DNA of 64,000 nt from a bacterium (GTDB lineage Bacteria > SAR324 > NAC60-12). Each line of letters starts with the position of its first letter. The first letter of the stretch is position 1. Below are positions 28,419 through 37,483 of this stretch, in pieces. The notes beneath the pieces were generated by a model. That model was not told where the DNA came from, made no database searches, and worked only from the letters and a program-made list of their open reading frames with translations. The translations under genes were made by a program, and so were the position numbers. The stretch is taken from the NCBI GenBank assembly GCA_965233585.1, contig CBDDTI010000747.1, forward strand, positions 448,001 through 512,000, given 5' to 3'.

Positions 28419-29558
28419 ATGCCTCTCAAAGTTTTGATGTTTGCAGGTGAAGTTTCAGGAGCGAAACATGGCGTCAATCTCATTCATCTGTTGCGTCAAC
28501 ACATTCCAGACCTGACTTTTTTTGGGGCAGGAGATGAAGCAATGATTCAAGCAGGACTCAAAGCTCGCTATACTCTTGCAGACTTACAGGTTTACGGCTT
28601 GATAGAGGTCATTGCTCACTTGCCAAGAATGAAAAAGATGCTTGATGCAATGGAACAATGGGCAATCCAAGAAAAGCCAGATTTAGCCATTTTGATTGAT
28701 TACCCAGGCTTCAACTTGCGTTTGGGGGAAAGACTTCGCAAACTGCACATTCCTGTCATTTTAATTAATGGGCCTCAAATTTGGGCATGGCGTGAGGGGC
28801 GGATTCATCAAATCAAACGGGGGGTCAGTCGTGTCATTGTCTTCTTCCCCTTTGAAGCCCCCATTTATCAACAAGCAGGGGTAGATGTCTTTTTCTCGGG
28901 ACACCCTGCCGTCAAGGAACCCGTTGACAAGCATATCATTCAAAACCTGAAGCAAGAATTTTTGCTTGCTGATTCGTATCCTGTCATTGCAGTCTTACCC
29001 GGGAGCCGCCCGGGAGAAATTCAAAGGCACTGGTCTGTCCTCCAAGACAGCATCAAACAGCTTAAACTCAAATATCCACATGCTAAGTTTTTAGTACCTC
29101 TCGTCAAAAAACTACCCAATCACGAAAAAAAGTCTTTGGCACAAGATGGGGTCTTCATCGTTGAAAAAACAGCTTCAGAGCTTTTCGCTGTTTCAGACCT
29201 TGCCATCGTTGCATCAGGCACAGCCACTTTGGAAGCCACCCTTAGCCAGATTCCATTTATGATCATTTACAAAGCATCGTATGTGAGCTACTGGATTGCC
29301 AAACGGCTGGCAAAAGTTCAATATCTTGGCATGGTCAACATTCTGGCAAAACGTCTCATTGTGCCAGAATTGATTCAACATGATTTCCATTCTGCAAACA
29401 TCGTTTCGGAAGCCGTCAATTTGATAGAAAACCAAGAAAGAAGAAAAGAAATGCAAACAGCGTTGAAAGACGTTTGCACACAACTTGGTCAAACGGGGGC
29501 ATACTCCCGAATGAGTGAAAACATTGCAGAGTTTATCAGAAACAAGGTAGCGTTGTGA
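28419..29558 (+). CDS. lpxB: Lipid-A-disaccharide synthase
   Basis: AGEVSG, IDYPGFN, PQIWAWR, FPFE, LPGSR, ASGTATLE, VPELIQ. Confidence 0.95.
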   Translation: MPLKVLMFAGEVSGAKHGVNLIHLLRQHIPDLTFFGAGDEAMIQAGLKARYTLADLQVYGLIEVIAHLPRMKKMLDAMEQWAIQEKPDLAILIDYPGFNLRLGERLRKLHIPVILINGPQIWAWREGRIHQIKRGVSRVIVFFPFEAPIYQQAGVDVFFSGHPAVKEPVDKHIIQNLKQEFLLADSYPVIAVLPGSRPGEIQRHWSVLQDSIKQLKLKYPHAKFLVPLVKKLPNHEKKSLAQDGVFIVEKTASELFAVSDLAIVASGTATLEATLSQIPFMIIYKASYVSYWIAKRLAKVQYLGMVNILAKRLIVPELIQHDFHSANIVSEAVNLIENQERRKEMQTALKDVCTQLGQTGAYSRMSENIAEFIRNKVAL

Positions 29559-29568
29559 GGAGACCCTG

Positions 29569-30915
29569 ATGAAAAAGGTCAATCTTGACAGAACGAAAAA
29601 AAGCACTCTCAAAAAAAACATAGTCAAAATCATGTCTTTTTTGGGTGCAATGCTTTTCACCACTGCCGTTGCATATTCAAAGGATTTTTCAACATGGTTC
29701 ATGGTTTTTGGAGACATGCGGGGTGAAATCAAACCTTGTGGTTGTAGTGCCGAAGGAGACATGGGCGGGTTAGAACGAAGAGCCTCTTACTTAGAGCAAA
29801 AAAGGGCAGAACATCAACAAAGTCTTTACTTTGATCTTGGCAACAACTTCCCCAAACCTTCAGCTCAAGGGACTTTAAAAATTGAACTGATTCAAAAATC
29901 TTTGAAAACTTTGAAGCCTGAAGTCATTTTATTAGGTGGCACAGAGTGGCAGTATGGTCTGGATATTCTTGACAAAACACTCCCTTATCTAGCAAGTAAC
30001 TTTCTTGCAGAAAACACCCAAATCCTAAGACAAAAAGTCATTGAAAGAGGTCAAAAAACCTTTGACGTCTGGGGCTTTCTTTCTCCTAGCCAAGTGTATC
30101 AAAATCAAAATGCCAAGCCTTTGTTTGCTGACGCCAACCCTCAATTATTAGAAAAGTGGCAAGAATCTTTTAAAGACGGTGCAACCCGTGTTCTACTTTT
30201 CCGCGGGAATGAGAAAGAACTTGAGCTTTTTGCAAAGTCCAAGCAATTTGATGTGATTTTACTGGGAAACCCAAGCGATGATGAACTAGACCAAGAACTC
30301 AGCTTGCAAACCAGCGAAGGGACATTTTTGAGAGTCGCCACCAAAGGACAAGGGGCTTTGGAGGGAACGTTCCCCAACTTAAAAATGGTCTGGTTGTACA
30401 GTTCTTTTCCCAATCACCCTTCACAAGCAGCTTTCTTTGAAAAATATGATGCTGATGTCAAAACTCTTTTTTTTCAACAATTAGAAATTCAATCTAAGTT
30501 ACAAAAAGACACTCCTTACGCGGGGGCAACTACTTGCCAGACTTGCCATGTTGCAGAAACTAAAATCTGGCAAAAATCGGTGCATGCTCACGCCTTTGCA
30601 ACCCTTGAAAAAGTTGACAAACAATATGACCCTGAATGTATCCAATGTCATACAGTTGGCTTCCAAAAACAAGGATTTTTAAGCGATCGCCTGACCCCAG
30701 AATTTAAAAATGTGCAATGTGAAAACTGCCATGGTGCCTCAAAAGCCCATGCGACCAATCCCGCTGTTGTCAAACCTGCTCTTGATGCCAAACAAATGTG
30801 TGTCTCATGCCATCAAGGAAGCCATTCGCCAACATTCCAGTTTGAGCCTTACTGGACAAAAATCCGACACTCCCTTTTTGGTCAAAACGACTTCAACAGC
30901 GTTCAGCCTCATTGA
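29569..30915 (+). CDS. UshA-like N-terminal domain fused to a tetraheme cytochrome c554-like domain
   Basis: GEIKPCGC..GGLERRA; four CxxCH motifs (CQTCH, CIQCH, CENCH, CVSCH). Confidence 0.85.
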   Translation: MKKVNLDRTKKSTLKKNIVKIMSFLGAMLFTTAVAYSKDFSTWFMVFGDMRGEIKPCGCSAEGDMGGLERRASYLEQKRAEHQQSLYFDLGNNFPKPSAQGTLKIELIQKSLKTLKPEVILLGGTEWQYGLDILDKTLPYLASNFLAENTQILRQKVIERGQKTFDVWGFLSPSQVYQNQNAKPLFADANPQLLEKWQESFKDGATRVLLFRGNEKELELFAKSKQFDVILLGNPSDDELDQELSLQTSEGTFLRVATKGQGALEGTFPNLKMVWLYSSFPNHPSQAAFFEKYDADVKTLFFQQLEIQSKLQKDTPYAGATTCQTCHVAETKIWQKSVHAHAFATLEKVDKQYDPECIQCHTVGFQKQGFLSDRLTPEFKNVQCENCHGASKAHATNPAVVKPALDAKQMCVSCHQGSHSPTFQFEPYWTKIRHSLFGQNDFNSVQPH

Positions 30916-31351
30916 GCTTTTAAGTGTCATTGCTATTGGGACACTCTTGCTGACGCTTCTTGTTTCCCCTGTGGTTTATCTTTATCAAGAAAGCATTCAG
31001 TACTTCCAGAAAACTCAGGCAGAGGTTGGTATGCAACGATTTCTGACATTGCTGAAACAAGAGCTTTCTCAAGCAGGTTACGGGACAACCCAACAAGCTA
31101 TCACTCTTCAAAATGGCAAACTGACCATTCTTGCAGATTTCAACCAAGACAAAGATTTTGACGACCAAAACAACGGAAAAAGAGAACGTGTTGTTTACCA
31201 TGTTCAAGACCAAATACTCTATCGCAAGGTTGGCATTGGTTCTGCTCAAAAGTTTCTTCGCCATGTAGAACTTGAGTTTCAACAACTTACTCCTCAAAAT
31301 TGCCTCAAATTGCTTGTGTTTCAAAACACTGCATGGGTCTGCCCTTTGTGA
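30878..31351 (+). CDS. Prepilin-type N-terminal cleavage/methylation protein (PilW-like minor pilin)
   Basis: AFSLIELL + hydrophobic helix, LKQELSQAGY; TTG start is assumed. Confidence 0.75.
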   Translation: MVKTTSTAFSLIELLSVIAIGTLLLTLLVSPVVYLYQESIQYFQKTQAEVGMQRFLTLLKQELSQAGYGTTQQAITLQNGKLTILADFNQDKDFDDQNNGKRERVVYHVQDQILYRKVGIGSAQKFLRHVELEFQQLTPQNCLKLLVFQNTAWVCPL

Positions 31352-31431
31352 CTACAAAAATTGCTTGTTACTCTTAAAGCAAGTATGCTATTAGTTTATT
31401 TTGACAAACTAAACCTCCTATTTTTTAAGAC

Positions 31432-32580
31432 GTGTGCCAGACACAAATTAACTTTCCTCACAAATCTCCTCGCCAATTCATGACGGGTTTTTTAGTCCAT
31501 TGGCTTCACAAAAGAGGACTTTCTTTTGAAGACTCCCAGAACATTGCGGCACATGTCAAATCTTGCCTTCACAATCAACAAGAGATTGAGGTCAAAACAT
31601 TGAAAGGTTTGATTGAACAACAAATCACAACCTTCAAAGGCAAAGACACGTTTCTCAAATTGAAGTATTCTTCACTGCCGCATGAAGACGTTCAAGTGCA
31701 ATATGCCAGCACCACAGGTCCCTTTTCGCGTGCTTTCTTAGCAAGGTCTTTGATTGCCTCTTCTATTGAGCCAAATCGGGCGTATGAGATGGCTCAAGAC
31801 ATCTATCATGCACTTTCTGAAAAACGTTCTGTCATCAACCACCGAGAGTTGTATGATTTGGTGTTTCAGAAAATAGTCAGTGAATACGGGGACGATTCTG
31901 CAATGCTTTACCAAACAGCCAACGAAATCAAACATCTTAACAAACCCTTACTGATTTATATTGGAGGCACTGTTGGCATTGGCAAGTCCACACTGGCAGC
32001 AGAGCTTGCCTCGCGTTTAAACATCTCTCATATCACAGGCACGGACACCATCAGGCAGATCATGCGGATTATGTTCACTGAAAAAATCTTGCCTTCCCTG
32101 CACATGTCCACATTTGAGGCAGAGTATGACAATGCCTGGGCGATGAAGTCAGACCATAGCTTGCTTGCAGGTTATTTGGATCAGGCATCAAAGGTGACGG
32201 TCGGAGTCCGTGCCGTTGCAGAACGTGCCATTCGTGAAAACTGCTCTAGTATTGTAGAAGGTGTGCATTTGCTCCCCGCCTTGATGCAGTTTTCAGAACT
32301 CAAAAATGACGCCTATCACATTCCTTTAGTCGTGTATTTGAAAGATGAACAGATGCACCATTCACGTTTTGAAATCAGAGAACGACGTGCCAGCAGAAGA
32401 CCCTCTAAACATTATCTGAAACAGTTTCAGATGATTCGCCAAATCAATGGATACTTTATTGAACAAGCCGCAAAATTTGGTCTTTCTACCATTGAATGTG
32501 GCTCTTTTGACGAAACATGTTTGAACCTGACCAAAGCTGTCATTTCAGAATTACAAAAGCAAAAAAACGCTCTGACTTAA
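31432..32580 (+). CDS. 2-phosphoglycerate kinase-like P-loop kinase with ATP-cone-like N-terminus
   Basis: PFSRAFLARSL, IGGTVGIGKSTLAAELASRL, GTDTIRQIMR, IVEGVHL. Confidence 0.8.
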   Translation: MCQTQINFPHKSPRQFMTGFLVHWLHKRGLSFEDSQNIAAHVKSCLHNQQEIEVKTLKGLIEQQITTFKGKDTFLKLKYSSLPHEDVQVQYASTTGPFSRAFLARSLIASSIEPNRAYEMAQDIYHALSEKRSVINHRELYDLVFQKIVSEYGDDSAMLYQTANEIKHLNKPLLIYIGGTVGIGKSTLAAELASRLNISHITGTDTIRQIMRIMFTEKILPSLHMSTFEAEYDNAWAMKSDHSLLAGYLDQASKVTVGVRAVAERAIRENCSSIVEGVHLLPALMQFSELKNDAYHIPLVVYLKDEQMHHSRFEIRERRASRRPSKHYLKQFQMIRQINGYFIEQAAKFGLSTIECGSFDETCLNLTKAVISELQKQKNALT

Positions 32581-32656
32581 ATCCCCTCCTCAATCCGCAA
32601 AGCCTCTCTCATTTTTACCTGCCCCCTTCAATCAAACGCAATCAGACTTGCAAAAT

Positions 32657-32772
32657 GTCATTGCTCACCTTGAAAAATGTCATTGCTCACCTTGACCCGC
32701 AATCTTTCTTTTTCTTAATTTCTCCAAACGACCCCTTGTTTTTTGAGATTCTGAATCAAGTTCTGCAATGAC
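32657..32772. repeat. Inverted REP doublet with a 22-bp tandem duplication of the left arm
   Basis: AAAATGTCATTGCTCACCTTGA twice, then AGATTCTGAATCAAGTTCTGCAATGAC. Confidence 0.8.
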
Positions 32773-32947
32773 GGAAGGAGTTTTGAATCTTCTTGCACGA
32801 ATCTTTGTCTCCAACTCAAAAAATCCAAATATTTTTAATTATAGGCTTGTATTTTTTTTTTGTACACAGATACTCTTGGAGTTGTCTTTTTTAAAAGATG
32901 AGACAGCGCTTTTAATCTTTTTTAAATCCATCAAAAAGGAGAACGTT

Positions 32948-34471
32948 ATGAAAAAATTCATCAAACCCTATCTTGTTGCTAGTGTAGCATCATTCACATT
33001 TGCCGCCTGTTCAGGCGATTCAGGCTCTTCCTCTGGAAACACAGGAGACACAAAAGAAGAGACTAAACAAGAGAACACAGAAACAGAATCCCTTGGAACG
33101 TTGGAACAGCTTAAAAAAATTGCCAACATGAACATCACTGATGCCGATGCACTGCTCATCAAAAGGGTGGACGTGTCAAAGATTGCATTGACCCCCAGTC
33201 ATTCCGTGCTTGACACAGAATCCATTGCCAATCAGGGTATGGATTCCCGCCTACGCGGGAATAACGAAAGGGTAGTCGCTGTAACTCCACCTTCAAACAT
33301 GCAAGACAAATTGTTCAAAATGGTTGGAGCAGACACGCAGGAAGTCGTCTATGCCAACAAAGATGGCAAAACGATTGAGTTTTCTCTCAATGCTAAAAAG
33401 ATTCAATCTTTAGAAAGCGGTAAGTTTGCCCTTGTCCACTACGGCACTGATGACGACCGAAACAATGATTACCCCATTGTCACACGCAAAAGTGATGGCA
33501 AAGCATGGCTACTCCCCAAAGGACATGGTGCAAAAGCCAAACTCACTCAAGCTGGCACTAACAGCTATGTTTACATTCACCAAGGCAGGCTGGCAAAACT
33601 CACTCTTGACGATGCGGATGCTGCAAAGGCTAGCTTTTTGACTACTGACTTAAAGTTGAGGGGTGTCAGAGGTGACTTTAAGGAGAAATTACCAAGATTC
33701 AAAAATGTGACAGTCACTCAGGAATATTTAATCAGTGATTCTGGCAAAATTAAGAAACATAAGGGGAAATTCTCTTGCCTCCACAAATCGGGTATGAACG
33801 CTTCAAGTGAGGGATTCTTGTGTGGTCGTTTAGTAGAACGGAATGAAGCACAGAAGCAGCAGAAAGCTTCTGTGATAGAAGTCAAGTTTGATTCCAATTT
33901 AGAGATGGCAAGCACAACGACTGTTTATTCGTTCCCTAGTGGGTTCAGCGCAGGTCACGACCATCAAGGTCTGGTGTCTAACATCACAAAAATAGGAAAC
34001 AAAATCATCACTTGGACAAATGGAGTTCTCGGCGAATTTTACATATCAGAAATCAAGCCAACACCACGTATTGTTTTTGAAGCATCATTTCAAGCATCAA
34101 TAAAGGGGGTTCATAGGGGGTTTGATTATGGTTTTGGAGAATATTCTAATCATAAAGGAGTAGTTTTCTCGGGTTTGTCTTTATTTTTTGTCTCCAAAGA
34201 TAAAACCAAACTCTACAAAATAGACCTGACTAAAGACACATACACCGCTCAAGTTTTTTATGACTTCAGTGTGAAGTATAGTTCTTTACATAACTATAAC
34301 AATCAAAAATTCGTAACATTCGGATTTAAAAACAACACGTTCTTTTTTAAAGCTTTTTTGAAAACAGGCGTGCTGGAAGATGCCTACATTGACCTCACTC
34401 AGTCAACTGGAGTTGCCAAAACAGTAGCGTCTCGTGGCATTGAATCTATCCAAATCACCCCCCTGAACTAG
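32948..34471 (+). CDS. Hypothetical surface lipoprotein (beta-rich) containing an in-frame REP insertion
   Basis: AAGGAG RBS; MKKFIKPYLVASVASFTFAAC lipobox; Ser/Thr linker. Confidence 0.8.
   Translation: MKKFIKPYLVASVASFTFAACSGDSGSSSGNTGDTKEETKQENTETESLGTLEQLKKIANMNITDADALLIKRVDVSKIALTPSHSVLDTESIANQGMDSRLRGNNERVVAVTPPSNMQDKLFKMVGADTQEVVYANKDGKTIEFSLNAKKIQSLESGKFALVHYGTDDDRNNDYPIVTRKSDGKAWLLPKGHGAKAKLTQAGTNSYVYIHQGRLAKLTLDDADAAKASFLTTDLKLRGVRGDFKEKLPRFKNVTVTQEYLISDSGKIKKHKGKFSCLHKSGMNASSEGFLCGRLVERNEAQKQQKASVIEVKFDSNLEMASTTTVYSFPSGFSAGHDHQGLVSNITKIGNKIITWTNGVLGEFYISEIKPTPRIVFEASFQASIKGVHRGFDYGFGEYSNHKGVVFSGLSLFFVSKDKTKLYKIDLTKDTYTAQVFYDFSVKYSSLHNYNNQKFVTFGFKNNTFFFKAFLKTGVLEDAYIDLTQSTGVAKTVASRGIESIQITPLN
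33198..33265. repeat. REP/RPE-like doublet inserted in frame in the coding sequence
   Basis: GTCATTCCGTGCTTGACACAGAATCC...GGATTCCCGCCTACGCGGGAATAAC, translated as SHSVLDTESIANQGMDSRLRGNN. Confidence 0.85.
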
Positions 34472-34678
34472 CTTTGGTTTTTTCTTTGACTTCTTTTTGA
34501 GTGTTTAGAAGGAGTCAGAGTTTTTTGCCTGTTCCAAATGTCAAAGAGAAAGGCAATCAAACTCGCACATCTCATTCTTCTTTTATTTTCTCTCTGCTTT
34601 GGACTCCTTCTTTTTCTCAAAAAATCTGATAGACTAGACGTTTTTTGCTTTTTAGAATTTTAAAAATAAGAGGTCAAG

Positions 34679-35290
34679 ATGTCAGAACGTTTAGATAGAA
34701 TAGAAAAAATCTTGGAAGAAAACGCCAAACAGCAGGAAGAATTTGGCAAAGGCATGCAGGAGTTGAAAAAACGACAAGAAGAAACGACTTTGCAACTTCA
34801 AGAACTCAAACCAACAGTTGCTAGCATGGTGCGGGGCATTCAGAAGATGGAAAACTTCATCAGCAATACTTCAGAGATTTTAGAAAATCGTCTGTGCCGT
34901 TCTGTGGAACAGGTTATAGAAAAATATGGTTTCATTGAAATCGGTGGCATTCGCTATGACGAAGTGGAACAAAACCTCAAAGGGAAAAATGGCATCACGG
35001 CTCAATACGATCTTGTGTTGTTCAGCAAAACAAAGCATCTGCTTTTGATAGAAGTCAAACGTAAGCCTCATGTTAAGGATTTCCAACAAGTGTTTCGGCA
35101 GAAAGAGACCTTCCCTAAGTTGTTTCCAAGTTATCAAGACTATACAATTCATTGCGGTTTGGCAGGAGAAGTCTTTTATGACGAACTCATCAGTGAGGCA
35201 GAAGAAGAAGGCATTTATCTTTTTCAGGAACAAGCAGGAGAATTGCAGGTCATCACGTCTGCTTCGTTGCAGTTAGAATTGGAAGCATAG
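34679..35290 (+). CDS. Coiled-coil + PD-(D/E)XK nuclease-like protein, copy 2
   Basis: From TLQLQELKP onward nearly identical to 25266..25973; shorter, different coiled coil. Confidence 0.75.
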   Translation: MSERLDRIEKILEENAKQQEEFGKGMQELKKRQEETTLQLQELKPTVASMVRGIQKMENFISNTSEILENRLCRSVEQVIEKYGFIEIGGIRYDEVEQNLKGKNGITAQYDLVLFSKTKHLLLIEVKRKPHVKDFQQVFRQKETFPKLFPSYQDYTIHCGLAGEVFYDELISEAEEEGIYLFQEQAGELQVITSASLQLELEA

Positions 35291-35316
35291 AATCCTAAAC
35301 ACTGGTTTTGAAAAAT

Positions 35317-35416
35317 GTCATTGTGGACTTGTTCCGCAATCTCTCTTTTATCCTAATTTCTTAATTTCCCCAAACGACTCTTGTTTTTTAAGATTCCTTG
35401 TCAAGCACGGAATGAC
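35317..35416. repeat. Inverted REP doublet
   Basis: GTCATTGTGGACTTGTTCCGCAATCT ... AGATTCCTTGTCAAGCACGGAATGAC; spacer resembles that of 32679-32772. Confidence 0.8.
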
Positions 35417-35512
35417 AAAGAGGATTTTGCAGGCTTGTCTTTGGTCGTCATTTCGTCTATTTGCAAGAAACAAAAACAGCCATTCAAGGTTGTATTGTAG
35501 GCGAACAAGGAT

Positions 35513-35977
35513 TTAAACTTGTGCCAGCTTCAAGATGGTTTGAAATTCGTGAGGTTGGACAGGTTGGACAGAAAGGCGACTTCCTTTGCGGAGGAGTTCC
35601 ATGCCTTGCAACTCTGGAATGCCTTTTAAAAAAGGCAAGGAGAGGGGTTTTGGAAACTCTTGCAAAAACTTCACATCAACCATAAACCAGATGGGATTTT
35701 CAAGGGAGCTTTTGGGGTCAAAGTGATGGTCGCTTGGGTCTTCCCATGCTGTATAATCGGGATAAGACTCTTTGACAATTTCTACAACTCCCACAATAGA
35801 AGGATTGATGCGGCTGTGATAAAACAACGCTTGGTCACCTTGTTTCATCTGGTCTCGCATGAAGTTGCGAGCTTGATAATTCCTGACTCCGTCCCAAGAG
35901 TCTGTTTGATCAGGTGAGTTTTGGAGATCAGTGATTGAAAACGCGTTGGGTTCAGATTTTAAAAGCCAATATTGCAT
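35513..35977 (-). CDS. EVE domain protein
   Basis: YWLLKSEP, WDGVRNYQARNFMR, FYHS, W-MVDV, RLSVQPV. Confidence 0.95.
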   Translation of the reverse strand: MQYWLLKSEPNAFSITDLQNSPDQTDSWDGVRNYQARNFMRDQMKQGDQALFYHSRINPSIVGVVEIVKESYPDYTAWEDPSDHHFDPKSSLENPIWFMVDVKFLQEFPKPLSLPFLKGIPELQGMELLRKGSRLSVQPVQPHEFQTILKLAQV

Positions 35978-36028
35978 CAATTTCAGTGAGATGATTTTTT
36001 GGTCAAATCATTTCTTTTTGAGATGATT

Positions 36029-37243
36029 TCAAGGGATTTGATTACGTTTAACCGCTTCTTGGTAGTCAGAGTTGTTAGGGTTCAGTTGCAACACGTCTTG
36101 GTAATACCTCAACGCTTGGGCGCGCTCCCCCACAGACTCGTAAGCTAAGGCAAGGTTAAACAAATCTGCTTCTGTTCGGTCAGGTAGATTTTCCAGACGG
36201 TTGATTGCTTTTTCGTAGGCATTGCCATTCATCAAATTGACAGCAACGGCATCTCCAGATGCCACAGGCAAGATGATTTCTTCATTATAAGGTGCAATTT
36301 TTTTGCGATATTGATCAACAATTTTTTGAGCCAGACGATACTGAACAGCTAGCGACGTCTCAGGAACAGTGTTGTCATCTTTTAAATTTCTGCCTTCTGC
36401 AAGGAACTGTTCGGGGTCTTCTAATGCTAATTGTGTTGATTCAATTTCTGACAACAGAAAATCAACAGCAGACTCTTCTGTGCCATAATGTTCCAAAATT
36501 TGCGTTTGCAACTTTTTAGGGGCGTGACTATGAGAGCCTTGAAGCAAACCACCTTGAGTGCCACCCCATTTTTTTAAGTAATAATTTGTCAAAGTTTGGG
36601 GGGGGACAAGGTCAACGCCATCACTTTTACGTTTCAAAAACAACGTGGTCTCCAATGCCGCAATCTTTTCTACATAAGGCACAGGGGCATCAAAACCATC
36701 TCCGTTGGCTTCCAATCCTGTCACCACGCCAAAAACAGCTACTTCAAGTTGTGCTTTCTGAAGGATTTGCAAATTCTCACGTTTGGCAATCAAAATAAAC
36801 GACATCGTTTCAGCATCTTGTCCTGTAAATTCAAAGTAACGAACCTTTGCAGTCAAAACGGCGGTCTTATCGGGGTCATTCACAACACCATTGACAGAGG
36901 CGTTGGCATCAAGCAATCGGTAGCTTCCAGATTCTGCCAACGCTTCCAAAGTCAGTGACCGCAACACATCAGCGGCTTTGGCATTGGAAACAAACTGATT
37001 GACTTGTGGGGTCAGTTGCTTGTCCTTGCTTTCTTGTACCTCTTGTTCGGTCAATTCCACAGGTTGGGAAGGTAAGGCGATGGGGGCCTGCATCTCATCT
37101 TCAAAAGTTGCAAGCTCAATCGTTTCTATGGTTTCAAAGGGAATTTGCGGAGGTTGTGTGACATAAAATGTGACTTCTTGCGAAGCACAAGCCATCATCA
37201 AAGAACTGATGCCTACTGTAAAAATCCAATTTAATTTTGCCAT
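36029..37243 (-). CDS. Lipoprotein with CsgG/DUF6340-like N-domain and C-terminal TPR (paralog 3)
   Basis: Lipobox MMAC; AYEKAINRL..DLFNLALAYESVG..A-RYY. Confidence 0.7.
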   Translation of the reverse strand: MAKLNWIFTVGISSLMMACASQEVTFYVTQPPQIPFETIETIELATFEDEMQAPIALPSQPVELTEQEVQESKDKQLTPQVNQFVSNAKAADVLRSLTLEALAESGSYRLLDANASVNGVVNDPDKTAVLTAKVRYFEFTGQDAETMSFILIAKRENLQILQKAQLEVAVFGVVTGLEANGDGFDAPVPYVEKIAALETTLFLKRKSDGVDLVPPQTLTNYYLKKWGGTQGGLLQGSHSHAPKKLQTQILEHYGTEESAVDFLLSEIESTQLALEDPEQFLAEGRNLKDDNTVPETSLAVQYRLAQKIVDQYRKKIAPYNEEIILPVASGDAVAVNLMNGNAYEKAINRLENLPDRTEADLFNLALAYESVGERAQALRYYQDVLQLNPNNSDYQEAVKRNQIP

Positions 37244-37270
37244 GTTGTTTTTTAATTATTTTTTAATCAT

Positions 37271-37444
37271 TTAACGACCTTCTAAAGTGAGTGAAACGAT
37301 GCAGCAATAGACTTCGCCTTCGCCCCTTGTTTCTTTTTCAATAGTTAAAGTTTGCACTTTTTTATAACGATGCCCCTTCATCCACTCTTTCACTTTTTCA
37401 CAAAGCTCCTTCATCGTCTCCGCTTCAAAATATTCAATCTCCAT
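37271..37444 (-). CDS. 57-aa small protein not in the ORF track (MEIEYFEAETMKELCEKVKEWMKGHRYKKVQTLTIEKETRGEGEVYCCIVSLTLEGR)
   Basis: AGGAGG 8 nt before ATG; fills the gap between two co-oriented genes. Confidence 0.7.
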   Translation of the reverse strand: MEIEYFEAETMKELCEKVKEWMKGHRYKKVQTLTIEKETRGEGEVYCCIVSLTLEGR

Positions 37445-37483
37445 GGGGCTGACCTCCTATCATTTTCATTTTGTGATGTGATT

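Noticed and set aside
29725..29760. Selenocysteine recoding in the UshA-like cytochrome
   Set aside because: Both codons are TGT; there is no in-frame TGA
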